DNA from: Botryllus schlosseri
Lineage: Eukaryota
Direction of reading: 5' to 3'
DNA length: 64,000 nt
Assembly: GCA_051294905.1 (NCBI GenBank)
Contig: CM119373.1
Coordinates: forward strand, 2,358,001 to 2,422,000
Within the stretch, counting starts at the first letter, position 1. Each line of letters starts with the position of its first letter. A program made the position numbers and the translations under genes. Below the pieces are notes generated by a model. The model had not been told where the DNA came from, did not search any database, and saw only the letters and a program-made list of their open reading frames with translations. This document shows positions 1 through 12,343 of this stretch, piece by piece.

Positions 1-580
1 CGTTGCAGTATCCAGAAAATCGATCGCGGTGAGGTGACATCACAATCTGAATAACTGGACGGCACTAGCGTGAATCGTGAGTAAGTCATACTGACTCAAC
101 GGAATGATCCTTATTAATGCACGCAATCCGCATAACGATTATAGCCTGTGTAAAAAAATATAACTACGAAGAGGGTGGAAACTAGGTCTATACCTATTCC
201 TAACAGACGTTTAGCAAACAGAGCGAAATTAGGATATCAGATTATCTGAAGTTTTAGTATCGTACCCCTAAACCGCAGGATATGCCATACCAGTTTTTGA
301 AACTTACGAGGGGCTTAGTTTATCCATGTTAAATTACACTCCATACCGTTTTGTCTTAGTTTATAACAAGATTCCCAACCTCCGTACTGCAATGAGCCAA
401 ATACCCGGAAGCAGATGTGTGTTGCTTATTATACCGTCAGTTATTTGAATACCTTAACATTAACAACCGAAAACTTATACCGATTAATAATAATAGGTCA
501 CATAATTGGTAATTGCCTCCCGTTATTCTTTTCAATTTCTACTATACGTAACAGAATATTGGCGTGTGCTAGTTTGGGGT
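1..580 (+). promoter_or_regulatory. Conserved upstream non-coding block of the MFS paralogs (candidate promoter/5' UTR exon)
   Basis: Homologous blocks precede the other plus-strand MFS copies: 9598-9630 + 10545-10905 + 12150-12285; 23060-23180; ~54940-55035. Contains a possible donor GTGAGTAAGT at 77-86. Confidence 0.5.
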
Positions 581-1534
581 TTCCATGCTTTTGTGGCGCA
601 AATTACAGAATTATGGTATGGGCACATTGTCGATCAGCATGATGTCACACCAGCAAAGCTTTGCCTGTCGATTACGTTCAACATCTTCGCGAACCCCAGA
701 ATAAAACCAAACGAACTCCCGGTTTCGGACCACTATCCTCGAATAAAGCATCTTAACGGCCTAAACCAGACCTGAGCAAAGTGCGGCCCGCGAGCCAAAT
801 GCGGCTCGAGAAGCTATGCTGTGCGGCCCGCGAAAGGTTGCTTAGAATTCAAAGCATAAAACTTGCTTTTTTAATGACTATAAAACCATAGGTTGTATCA
901 ACTGAGCTGGAAATTCATTTACCATGAAGCCTGCTCATTAATATGCCGCGATTACGCTGCCCACGTACCTCGCGTGCGTAACACAGATTCAGAATAAATG
1001 CAATATGGTAAAGTAAGAGTAGCAATTAAAGTCACAAGAAATCACTCTTTCCTTACAGTTTAGTTCAAACCTTCTTTGCTGTCATTGCCACATTACGCTT
1101 TATACGGTATGTGTTTCAAATTTCACGTGATACGTTTCCAAATCACTAATTCGCAAAAAAAGTCAATCAGTGCTCGCGATTACTATATGACATATCATGT
1201 CTATCACTCATAAGGGATGAACGGGCATGCCAAAAAAAGAAAGCCGAAAACTGAAATTGAAAGAAGGTTTAAACTTTGGAGCACTAAATATTTGTATACT
1301 GGAGTCCGGGGTAAACCCGACGTTACAATTTTTGCCGAGCATGTCGCCGAGATTAGGGATTTTAATTAAAGTCGGTCTATTATGACAAAATCACGAAACA
1401 CTCGGCGAGAGAGAGCGCGAAGTTCAGAAAAAACTATAAGCTTCGCTCAACATCAAGGCTATTTAATCTGCACACTGCTTGGAAGGCAGCGACCAAGAAA
1501 ATAAGCTTTGTACTATTGCATATACATTTCAGTG

Positions 1535-3207
1535 AAGTGGTTCTCGAACTGGGGGCGTGAAAGCATTAGAAGGGGGGGGGGGGGCGCAAACCCGAAGTTT
1601 ACTGAAAAATTTTTTCGCGCTCTGCGTGATTTACCCCCGGCTCATAGTTATTGCTCTTCGTATTGCCTGAATTTGATATTTCAGAATTCTCTCATCAAGA
1701 GTTATAACCAGGCCGTGTTATTTTTGGCATTTCAGGAGCCAGATGCCAAAACTGCCAAAAATAAAAATTGGAAAATGCCAAAAATAAGCAATTTTTGGCA
1801 TATGCCAAAAATAACACGGCCTGCCAAATAGTGTATTTCGTTCATGGTGTTGTGTTACCAGGACCGCGTTACAAGCGAGAAGAGGGTTTGTGAAAGGCAG
1901 GTTTCTCAATCTGGGTCCAGCCCACCCATTAGGGGTGAAAGCACGGTGTTCTAAATGGTGTGGGCACAGCGAGATTGAACGGCTGACTGCATTTGGTTTA
2001 CGTCATACTTTCGATTTGTCCAAAGGCAATTTTACGACCATTTTTGACCGGCTTGTCGAGCGCTAAATTTGATAAAACGGGTATCAATGAGAAGATTCCG
2101 CAGTACTGATTATTAAAATATAAATTATATTCTGCTCATGGAACTGGAACCCCCAAAATTAACCACGGTTTTTGCATTGTGATCGAGTTGAACATTGTGA
2201 CGCAACAAACTGTCTGGCTGTTTCTGAGCTGCATAGTCTCGTTTTGCCAGACAGTCTTGTTGCGTCAATGTTCTTAAACACGCTAACCTTCCCAGGACTC
2301 TTCCATGCGAGTTGGTCACCTGAAGTGACCAAAGTCCTCCGAAAATATATCAGTAGACTGAAGGAGAAATGATAGTCGGGCTACAAAATAGAATGTGTTG
2401 AGAGACAACACAGGGAACTCCTGGAAGAGGATCAGGAAGAAAATTCTTTCCGCGATGAGATCGATGGCACTGGCGAAGTGATCTCTTTACATGATGCATG
2501 GAAGCCGGTTCGGCCCTCCAAAGATTTTGAAGCTATGAAAACCTTTGTGGATGACTGGCAACATCCTTTCCCTCAACGGCTACTGTTAAAGCCGATATTT
2601 CCCAGATTCGCTGGGCGAGAAATGAATTTAGGAGAAACTTAGCTGACCTGAGTTTGGAAGCACTGTTACAGTGCAAACGATTTAAGTCTATTCAACAGCT
2701 GTAACAATCAGCTGTTGAGCGTGTTTTTTAGGCTTTTCTTTCTTTTTTTTTTGCTTATTGGCACCGATTCCGATGGATACTGCACATTTGTGGTTTCGTT
2801 TGATATTACTAACCTATGAAATCGTTGGGTTTTTTCTTCTTCTTATTGTTTGTTGGCACTGATTATACGTGAATGCTGCACATTTTGTGGTGTCTTTTGA
2901 CAAACTAGCCCAAATAAAGCGTTTTTTGACTAATTCGAGGCTGAAATTATCTATTTAGAGGACGATGCCAAAACTGCCAAAAATAAAAATCGAAAAATGC
3001 CAAAAATAAGTTATTTTTGGCAGTTTTGGCATATGCCAAAAATAACACGGCCTGGTTATAACCTTCCACGTCATCAAACTATCCGTTCGGATTGCTAGCA
3101 TTCTGGTTGCACTTTTTAATATTTTGTGATATCACGATAAGGGGGGGGGGGGCGAATTTTCCACTATCATATAGGAAGGCGTGCCTAAATTAGTTTGAGA
3201 AACACTG
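1535..3207. mobile_element. Nested hAT MITE ((C/A)AGTGGTTCTC...GAGAAACACTG)
   Basis: Imperfect TIRs; degenerate 8-bp TSD TTTCAGTG/TTTTAGCG. Confidence 0.6.
1709..3054. mobile_element. Nested hAT element, TIR CAGGCCGTGTTATTTTTGGCAT, with an extra internal right TIR
   Basis: Perfect TSD GTTATAAC; TGCCAAAA subterminal repeats; a second right end finishes at 1823. Confidence 0.85.
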
Positions 3208-4160
3208 TTTTAGCGTCTTAATAGAATAACGTGGTTAGGGGTTTAAAGAGAGTTGGAAATGTATCATGTTTAACATTGTTTCCAATCATTACGGCAAATA
3301 GATATTTTTTGATTAACCGTCACTTTCTCATTACCCAGCACACAGTGTAATTTAGAAAAAAAATTAAAATACGCTGGAGAATATATAGCTAAAAAATTTT
3401 AGTCGGCCCGCCAATGTATTTTCTACTTGTCATTTCGCCCGCGGAGGAAAATAATTGTCCATCCCTGGCCTAAACCGACTCTAGGAATATACCGTCATTC
3501 CTCTAAAATTGCGACTACAATTAAACTTATTTCTGTAAATGAAGGTTATTTTTATTCATTTAATTTGATTGTACTTTTTGGGAGGGTGGTATTGCATATG
3601 AAAATCAATATCTGTGTTATTAAATCGCGCGCAGCGCGAAGAAAAATTTCATGTAGCATAAATCGGCCCCAAAATAATATAATTTATGTTGATTTACGAA
3701 AAAAGCCTTCAAAATTCCTGACATTAGGTGGCATACTTTAGAACTTCCTCCCGCATGCAGTTTTAACAGTGAAATTCCGGACATGTCTGGGAAATTCCTG
3801 ACATATGGCAAACCTATGCTAGTTGGCAATATTAAGAGTCGGGATACTATTATCCAGTGGTTAATCCAGGTATATCTCACAACCCTATACGCTGTAAGGC
3901 AGGGGTTCCCAACCGATTATGGTCACGTCCACAAATTTCGATTTAAAAATGTTCCGCGACCCCACCTCTCAATTTGGCGCGCTGATTACCAAACAAATGG
4001 ACAGCACCTTCACCCAAACCTATTTACGGCCTATGTGGGAAGAATGTCGACTATGTGCGCAATACTAGCAATCACGCAATTATGAGCTCATCAACCCCCG
4101 TCTCCCAAGACTATAGCAACATATATATGTATTTAGAAGGATTTCCATCTATATCCAATC

Positions 4161-4658
4161 CAGGGACGGGCAACATACGGTCCGCGACATGATTTTGAGC
4201 GGCACGCAGACCGTTTTCGGTCTTAAATGCTGGTGGTCGCAGTCTTGCGCAATGCGCAACTCTCCACTACTTGCTTACTACGTCAAATTATGATGACTGT
4301 AGGTTATTCTTTAGTTCGTTTTTTCGGACACAAATAATAGTGATTGTTATTTATTCTTTAGTTCATTGTTTTCCTTGTGTCCGGCATGCAGCCAGGGTTC
4401 AAAGTACCTGTTCACATCTTTGATCGACCACAGATGTCTCATTGACTTCAAAGCAGCTATTGAAGTACCATTACGCTGATAAATTCATTGAATACTGCTT
4501 TGGTATCTATGCTTCAGACCGAACGTTTACATTGAATACGATTCATCCTTGTATGGGTGGATAAATACGCGTTTAATGTATCTATTCCGGAATCCGTCCC
4601 GCCAAGTTCTTTATTTTACCTTATGCGGCCCGCCGACTGCAGAAGTTGCCCGCCCCTG
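4161..4658. mobile_element. hAT Charlie-type MITE (CAGGG(A/G)CGGGCAAC)
   Basis: TIRs at both ends; degenerate TSD ATCCAATC/GTCCAATT; same family as 9639-10538. Confidence 0.75.
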
Positions 4659-5283
4659 GTCCAATTGAAGCAGTCAAGTACCGCTACGTGAAATTCTGCG
4701 TCATGCGAAGTATAGATAGCGATCGATAAGTTATGCGGCCGCGCCGAGCGTTTGTGTAGTGTATGTATACTATTAAAGTGAACACATAGCACCGGTGACT
4801 TGTAGTATTCCTGGAAGGAAAAATTACTGTCCTATTGAAGGGTATGCTCCCGACACTTTTAATCTTAATAGTAATGGCCATGCACCACTCTCACAGCAGC
4901 TGTTGATTAAAAACGACGCTTCGACGTATCTGATACCGTGATTGACGCGTTCGCTTTCCTCAGTTGTTGCTCTTCACTAATTTGAAAAATGAAGTAAACT
5001 CTTCTGATGTGATCCGTCGAACGATAGCATCCGTTTACATGGCATTCTTGTAATAGTCATTGGTATTTTACCTTCCTCTCCCCGACACCAGAGGATAGGC
5101 AAACGACCACACTCTGACAGCGACTCATAGGTTGGAAAGCCCTTCCGCATGTGATATATGCGAAATACTCGATTTTCTGCGTGGTTGATATATCTTTATT
5201 GCAAAAGCTATATTATACAGGGCAAAGTAACATATTTAACTATTGATATTTGTAGCCTTAAACAACGACTGAAACCAGTGGAA

Positions 5284-6636
5284 ATGGAACAGACAGATGA
5301 TATCTCAGAGACACTTCCGCTAACTGATCAGGAAGGCACATCTGATGAATCGAAAAATCCAGCCAAAAGCTCGTGGAAGACACTGTGGAAGGACACCAGC
5401 TGTCGTCAAAAGCTCATGCTGCTGTATTTTCTCGTGGGCGATCTTATTGTCTACCTCTGCGTCTCATTCCCTATTCCGTTTATGCCCAAAGTAATACTGG
5501 CGAAAGGAGGGACGGAGATGCAGTCCACCATACTGCTGCAAATCGGTCGTCTCGCGATGGCGATCAGTAGTCTGGTGTTTGGAAAATACCAAATTCATAT
5601 GAACAGCAAACGCTTGCTCCTTTCCAGTTTGTCCAGTTACGTTATCGGGGAAATGTGTTTTGGGTTATTGGATTACTCGAAAAGCGTGAATGTGCTGGTT
5701 GCGGGAGGCATAACAATACGATGTCTACAGGGAATCGCTCAAGGGGCTTATTTTGTCGCCGAACTTACCATAATTTGTCTTGAGTATCCTGATCATAGAA
5801 CTCAAGTGTATGGGATGGCCCAATCCACGCTAGCGATCGGTTATATCACGGGTCCATTGATAGGGAGTATACTATATCGTAATTTCGAAGGTCTTCTGCT
5901 ACCTTTTGTGATTTCCGGTGGTATTATGACTCCTCTGGTCCCGTGTGGACACTTTCTGCTCGGTTCTTACTGTGCGAAAAATGAGGGAATCAGACGTTCG
6001 CAAATATTGAAGGTCATTCATAAACCAGCTTCGATTTTAATTCTGGGATGTACTTGTCTAGCGGAAGGCATCGGCGGGATGTCGATAGTTTTGGGTAACG
6101 CGTATGCGTTATCACGCGGACTGACCGTTGTGGACGTTGGGTTGGCGGTGCTAACATCGGCGGTATCGTACGCGATTACCGCGTCCTTAACTGGAATCAT
6201 CGCTAGTCATGGTCGGGCAGCGAGGCGTGCACTTTTGACTGTAGGTGCGATCGGTCTAATAGCACACCCGGCGATGTACACTCCTAACCAAACACGGGCA
6301 GGTATCTTCGTGGCACTGAGTCTGTTTGGGGTCACAGCTGCCCTCACTTTGGTTTGTGGGTTCGGCGAGCTGGTACACCAAACTGTCGGACACGATGATG
6401 ACTTACAGAGTGACTTTTCATTGCATAGCGCGTTGTCTGGTGTTTGGAGTTTGGCTATCGGTACTGGAGCGTTCGTCTTACCGTTCGTAGGATCGCTACT
6501 GCACAACTTTATATCGCTGCGACTGGTTTTCTTTTGCACCTCTGGCTTCGAGATGGTCTTGGTTTTATTGGTTGTGTTATGTATGATTGCTGTACAGCGT
6601 TCTAAATCCAATAAGTCTCACGCCAATTCAAATTAG
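5284..6636 (+). CDS. MFS transporter, SLC18B1/vesicular amine-polyamine transporter-like (copy MFS-A), 450 aa, single coding exon
   Basis: Open ORF 5158-6636. The ATG at 5284 (MEQTDD) aligns with the paralog starts and gives the same 450-aa length as MFS-B. It has about 12 hydrophobic segments, the MFS TM4 motif IRCLQGIAQG and the TM5 motif GYITGPLIGSIL. Confidence 0.88.
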   Translation: MEQTDDISETLPLTDQEGTSDESKNPAKSSWKTLWKDTSCRQKLMLLYFLVGDLIVYLCVSFPIPFMPKVILAKGGTEMQSTILLQIGRLAMAISSLVFGKYQIHMNSKRLLLSSLSSYVIGEMCFGLLDYSKSVNVLVAGGITIRCLQGIAQGAYFVAELTIICLEYPDHRTQVYGMAQSTLAIGYITGPLIGSILYRNFEGLLLPFVISGGIMTPLVPCGHFLLGSYCAKNEGIRRSQILKVIHKPASILILGCTCLAEGIGGMSIVLGNAYALSRGLTVVDVGLAVLTSAVSYAITASLTGIIASHGRAARRALLTVGAIGLIAHPAMYTPNQTRAGIFVALSLFGVTAALTLVCGFGELVHQTVGHDDDLQSDFSLHSALSGVWSLAIGTGAFVLPFVGSLLHNFISLRLVFFCTSGFEMVLVLLVVLCMIAVQRSKSNKSHANSN

Positions 6637-6868
6637 GCCTCTAAGATAGAGTACAAAGTATCCAGTGATTCACTATCACATAACTGTCAAAGGTTACCAA
6701 GCGATGGAAGATCATTCATTACGTCTCATTACCTGTCCATGATGGTAAAACTAAAAACATGACCGTTGATGATTCGTAACTGAAAATGATTTAAAATGAA
6801 TAATGATACTAGAAATAGTGGCAATTTCTGAAAATATAACCAGTTACCGTATACAGGGGCTCTTTAGC

Positions 6869-8067
6869 CAGTGACGTGCGGTCCAATGAGGCAGGTGAGG
6901 CAGTGCCTCACCTGTCGTCTGGATGAGTAAGTGAAAATTGTGAAACCCCTCCACGAGTCGATGATTATATTGATGTTACACTTCGATGTTCATAAATAAT
7001 TAAATTGGGACATTTTTTTTCACCTAACATCATCAATTTGCAGCATTATTATTCAAAAATACAGCGCGAAAGGAGAGGTGAGGCACAGGTGAGGCACGGG
7101 CGGGTGATGCCTCACCTGCAACCATGCAATTCATCATAAATAGCTCGGAATTCTTTATAACTGGAATCAATGAAATGCTATAGTCACACTGATTCCGAAA
7201 ATCAAAATATTAACAGTGTCAGAGCACTAGAACCCCCAAAAATCGCCAAGGAAGGCGACCTTCGCCTTTATTACAGACAATGCCATCGTAGAGAGACAAT
7301 GGCTAGGTGAGGCACAAATGAATCTGCTTCATGCACTATTCGCTAACAATTGGACAATCGAAACCGAGTGAAACGCGCTACTGATTTCGGAATCCAACAG
7401 TCTTGTAGGAATTATATGAGATTGAAGCGACGGCCAATGCGTAATGCGAAGCCAATACATTCCCTTACTTATTATGTAGCTGTTATGTATTTTGCACCCA
7501 TAGCTACGTAAAATTGTGGTATGTGATAGCTATTTGCATAGGCTGCCTTGTCGTTGTTTGTGTCCTTTATGCTGTGTTCGACTGCAATCCCTTTAACCGG
7601 TAATTGTGGTATGTGATTGTGATAGCCATTCTTACAAAGCCTGCGTTGTTGTTTGTGGTAGTGGTGCCACTCCTAAACACTAGATCTATAGTGTATTTTG
7701 ACTTGACCTAGTGCATTTTCTTTCGAAATTCGGCAAATCTAGTGTTTTTTTACCGAATAGAATTTGTAACTGAGGATGCTTTTTCATGTTCTTCGAATAA
7801 TTTATACCGGAAGGCCTACTTGAAAAGATAGTAATTATTATTTGTCTAGACATGCCCATTTGGCACAATAGCGACCGGTCCTACATGTATTATAGAATGT
7901 GAAATTGCAACGGCTACCAGTGTGCAAAGAAAATGCTCTCTATACCCGCTGCTGTTGTCATTCACATTTAAAGTCTCTTTACGTGCGTGTTGTACCTTTG
8001 TATGTGTGTGTGTGGGGGGGGGGGGGGGGCGTGCCTCACCAGCCGTGAATCTCACCGCACGTCACTG
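6869..8067. mobile_element. hAT MITE, TIR CAGTGACGTGCGGT
   Basis: TSD TCTTTAGC/TCGTTAGC; GGTGAGGCA subterminal repeats. Confidence 0.85.
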
Positions 8068-8560
8068 TCGTTAGCCTACTTTACATGTAGGTTTACTAGA
8101 CGTCATGTTTTAAGAAGATTTGTCCTCTTTTTTGACTTTCTTGAAAGTGTCCTGGCAGGACGCCTAAATGTCCTCGTTTTTAGAATTTGTCCTCTATTTT
8201 GAAAATTTTGGTTAAATGTACGTGGAAATTGGACTGAGATATAGGAAATCAGCGCCCAAGGAACGGTCTGGCGTGCTTTTCGGGACTTGAGCCAGAAAAT
8301 GATTTTTTTAGTCAACCAATCACAAACTCGGAAAAAATTACCAATTTTTCCGGATTTTACTCTACTATTGTAAGTCTGAAAATTTTGAAAAGTGTCCTCT
8401 TTTGAGATAACAGATTTCAGATTAAATAGCAATATCAATCCAGCAAGTGACACAAGCATATGCCATAACTAATTTCCATTCACAAAGTATAAACTATAAA
8501 AAGTTAGTGGTTCTGTCGAAAAACCTTTGAAGTAGAAGTGTAAGCAGTCTAAAATATACC

Positions 8561-9401
8561 CACGGTTATATTCAAGTCACAAGTCAATCCCACTTTTATA
8601 GTTTTGACCAGAGTCACGTCGAGACATTTTAAATTCATTACCGAGTCAATTCCGCGTCCAAGTCGGGGAGCAACGCATAGAGTTCGAGTCACAGTGTTGA
8701 GACTCGAGTCCAAGTCATTGTGTTCGGTGTTCAGTTTCGAGTTCAAGTCAGGTTCAACTAGGAATACCATATGTCCTAAATGCCTAAAATGCACAAAAAT
8801 ACCACGAAAGACGTTGAATTTGGGGGCAGAAAAGATAGTCTACGGGTTACGCGGGAGTCAAATCTGAAAAACGACGATTTTTGTATTTCTTTTTGTTCAA
8901 CACTGACAAGGTGAAAGCTGGTGCTTGGGTAGTCAAATCGGTAAAATGACCTATTTTGTTTTGTTTTAGTCAACCCAATGAAATTGTCTGTACAAATATG
9001 GTTTTCTATTCCGTTTCAGTAACTCGTGGAGCCTGTCAAAAGTGGTCTTTCCCAATCTCAAAATATGGTATCTCCAGGTTCAACCCACTCTTTTACAACT
9101 TTGTTCGGGTGATATTGAATGCCTGACATTCGTAATGTAAATTTCTTCACTATGAACACTTTCTGACCCTTTGTCAAGTATACCTGTACTAATTGACGAA
9201 ATACCGATATGTGGTGACTTTAGTATTCTTCGAAGCTGCTATGAAATGCCTGTCTTAACCGTTGGAGTCTCGAGTCAAAAGATTTGCTGGAGTAATGTAC
9301 AATGACTCGATTACAATTCAAGTCAATACACAAATTGACTAAAGTCGAGTCGATTCAATTTTTCGAATTTTAATAAAACGACTCGAGTCATTACAACCGT
9401 G
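8561..9401. mobile_element. hAT MITE, CA(G/C/T)GGTTGTA family with GACTCGAGTC/AAGTC repeats; contains nested element 8759-9076
   Basis: Ends CACGGTTATA...TTACAACCGTG. The nested TAGGAATACCATAT element has a perfect TSD GGTTCAAC. Homologous to 31078-31630 and 61565-62113. Confidence 0.75.
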
Positions 9402-9638
9402 AATATAAACCCACCAGTAGACAAAATCTACTTAAGCAATAGAAATACTTCATTTACTGACCAGCACTGCTTTTTGTCACCAAAGAACATACGAATGAGC
9501 CCATTCAACCCGATAGCACCTTGTATTAGCTGTCAAAAAATACGTTTAGAAAACACATACTGCAAATGTATGGCGCGATTCACGATTTACCGCCAATCGT
9601 TGCAGTCTCCGAAAAATCAATCGCGGTATGGTCTATGG

Positions 9639-10538
9639 CAGGGGCGGGCAACTTCTCCAGTCGGTGGGCCGGATATAGGAAAATTAGGAACTTGGCGGGC
9701 CGGATTGCTGAACATTATTCGCCCATTTATCCATAGCCTATATACAAGGAATAAATCGTATTTAATGAATGAATTTCAACGACAGCAATGTAACTTCAAA
9801 GCAATTTCTCGCTAATAATGACGAAGACAATGTGAATTTGAGAACAGCATTGTCATACAGGCACCACCATATCTGTTTCTCTCTGATCAATCGACACACG
9901 GCGAAATCCTTAATTAAGATTTCAAGGCGTTCGATAAACCCGGTACCCCAAATTTACCAAGATATCAATTCATTAGGGTTTAGTATAGGTGACGAGATAG
10001 CGAGGTTGTTCAACTGTGTGGCCTATTTTATCTCGATATTGAATTCATGCGGTCGCGGCCTCTACGAAATTTGAAAGTGGCCCAGACCCGTGTTGAGTTG
10101 GCGACCACTGGCATAAGCGATGTCTTACAGAAGCCTAGAAGTGTGCCGTGCTACAAGTCGACGGTTACGGAATCAAAAATAAGAAATATCGGAATGGTGT
10201 AAATGACCATTGTAGTCGACAAACACCATACCACAAATGCCATTTGGGTTGAGTAGGCTACAACGTAAATGCCAATAAGGCGATAAGTCTTCTCGATTCG
10301 ACGAACTTACGCGTATAAACTCCACCCTCGCTCGCTACGCATATTTGTGTAATTGTGTATAATGAGTAATGACATACAGACACTAAAATTTGACGTATGT
10401 AAGCAAGTAATGGGGAATCTCGGACGACTGGGGTCGCGGACCACTTTATCTTGTAAGACGGAAATAACTGTCTGCGGGCCGGACAAAATCCCTTCGCGGG
10501 CCGGATCCGGCCCGCGGGCCGTATGTTGCCCGCCCCTG
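9639..10538. mobile_element. hAT Charlie-type MITE, TIR CAGGGGCGGGCAAC
   Basis: Perfect TSD GTCTATGG. It splits sequence that is contiguous in the paralogous region at positions 1-40. Confidence 0.9.
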
Positions 10539-10899
10539 GTCTATGGTGACATGACAATCTGAAGTGAAAGACGACAATATAGTGTGAATCGTGAATAAGT
10601 CATACTGATTTAACGGAATGATCCTTATTATTGCATGTAATCCGCATAACGATTATAGCCTGTGTAGAAGAATATAACTACGAAGAGGCTGGAAACTAGG
10701 TATCATGCTTTCCTTTAAGTTTTAGTATCGCACCCCAAAACTGCAGGATATGCCATACCAGCTTTTCAAGCTCACGAAGCAGCGTATAGTCTATGCATAC
10801 TGAACTATATTGCGTGCCGTTTTGTCTGGCGTGAAACATGATACCCAGATTCCGTACTACATTACGCGTAATCAGATTTATGTTGCTCATTATTCCGTC

Positions 10900-11045
10900 A
10901 GTTATTGAAATATAATTTAATAGTATATTCATATTGAAATTCACCCGAATATATTCAGCTGACACTCGTCAGGGGTAATCGTCAGCAACTAGTAGAGAAC
11001 CTGAAAGAACACTGTAAATTAGCAATCGTATCACAGAATACGAAA
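10900..11045 (-). mobile_element. Second PLE 3' fragment carrying a variant hammerhead motif
   Basis: The minus strand CTAGTTGCTGACGATTACCCCTGACGAGTGTCAGCTGAATATATTCGGGTGAATTTCAATATGAATATACTA is homologous to 33968-34039; the core GAAA is GAAT here. Confidence 0.75.
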
Positions 11046-11306
11046 ATTCATCATGGTGACGACATATTTTGTGTATATTGCACTTCTGTACATCCAAGAA
11101 GGTCTTCAATTATTTGTATATCTTAACAATGATTCGAGGACTCGTAACTAAATCGAGTGTTTATTATGATAATTTGTATCGAACAGTAAAAGGACTCAAT
11201 TTATCAGCGAATATTATATAATTTCGATAGTAATTTCCACTGTGAAAGCCTTGAAACTTCGATTAATCGTATCACAGCGCACGAAGTATGCATCACAAAA
11301 CTAAGC

Positions 11307-11918
11307 TAGGGTTGTTCAAAAATAACTTTTTCTTCCGGATCCCGGGGATTCACTGATTAAATTGTTTGGGTCCTAAAAAACGCTGCCCCCCAAATTTTGC
11401 TCAATTCCAACCAATATCCGCGGCCGCAGAGGCAATTGAAATTTTTGAAGGTATTACAAAATTTTTTTTTTAAAGTTTTCAAACAAAACTGCCAACGCCA
11501 TGAAATTGTCGAGCTGTATATAAAAACGAATCAAAATATATTTGACGTAATTCCAACCGGTAGAAGCGGAAGTTATATGAGTTTTTCATTCAATATTCCG
11601 GGATTTTCACCGTCAATGCTATTTTTGCAAATCCAAAACTTTCAACTGCAACAACTTCGCTTCTACCGGTTGGAAATGAGCAAAAGTTGGTATAGATTGT
11701 TCTTTTAGGAACTTAACAATTATATGGGGTTGACAGTAAAATTTGGAAAAAAAAATTCTATTTCTCATAATAAATTAAAATTTTTTAATTGGCTCTGCGT
11801 CGGCCTCTACTGGTTGGAATGGAGCCACATTTGGTATGCAGCGTTTTCTTAGGCAACCTAACAATTTAATCAGTGAATCCCCGGAATCCGGAAAAAAAGT
11901 TATTTTTGGATAACCCTA
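11307..11918. mobile_element. MITE with long TIRs (TAGGGTTGTTCAAAAATAACTTTTT)
   Basis: Long imperfect terminal inverted repeats; same family as 47780-48385; no clear TSD at this copy. Confidence 0.75.
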
Positions 11919-12343
11919 CTCCGCACATTAGAGGAAATGACATATATGTGATGTTGTGAATTGTGATTGACCTACAGCATTGGGACAAAGTGCAATAAAA
12001 TGCCGAAAAGATGCATATTTGAACGTTTCACATCTTTCACGCTGTTATGACGCCATAGTGAGTGATATTCAAATATTCGTCTCGGCTCCAAGCCAAATAC
12101 TCGAATCCAAATCGAATCACTCAGGTACTCGATAGTGCCCAGCCCTAGCTAATAACCGATACCTTTTACCAAGTAGGTCTCACAGTTGGTAATTGCCTCC
12201 CCTTATTCTCTCCACCTGATACTATAAGTAGCTGAATATTGGCGTATGCTAGCTGGCAATAATAAGAGCCAGTATACTACAATCCTGGGGCTTTCAACCT
12301 TTCTATATGAACGTGCCAGACTACGACTTGAAACCACTGGAAA

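Larger units (their letters stand above)
767..3467 (+). mobile_element. hAT (Charlie/Buster-type) element with decayed transposase N-terminus; hosts nested elements
   Basis: Ends CAGACCTGAGCAA...TTGTCCATCCCTG, perfect TSD GCCTAAAC, subterminal GCGGCCCGC motifs. About 1228-1400 resembles the GTF2IRD2/Charlie transposase start (KRK...W..KY...GKP). Confidence 0.8.

Noticed and set aside
5158..5283. 42-aa N-terminal extension of MFS-A in the ORF track
   Set aside because: Paralogs start at the equivalent of 5284, and the extension is AT-rich and unconserved.
5342..5360. CTGATGA-ATC-GAAA hammerhead-like word
   Set aside because: Lies inside the MFS-A CDS, lacks supporting stems, and is absent from the intact paralog MFS-B.
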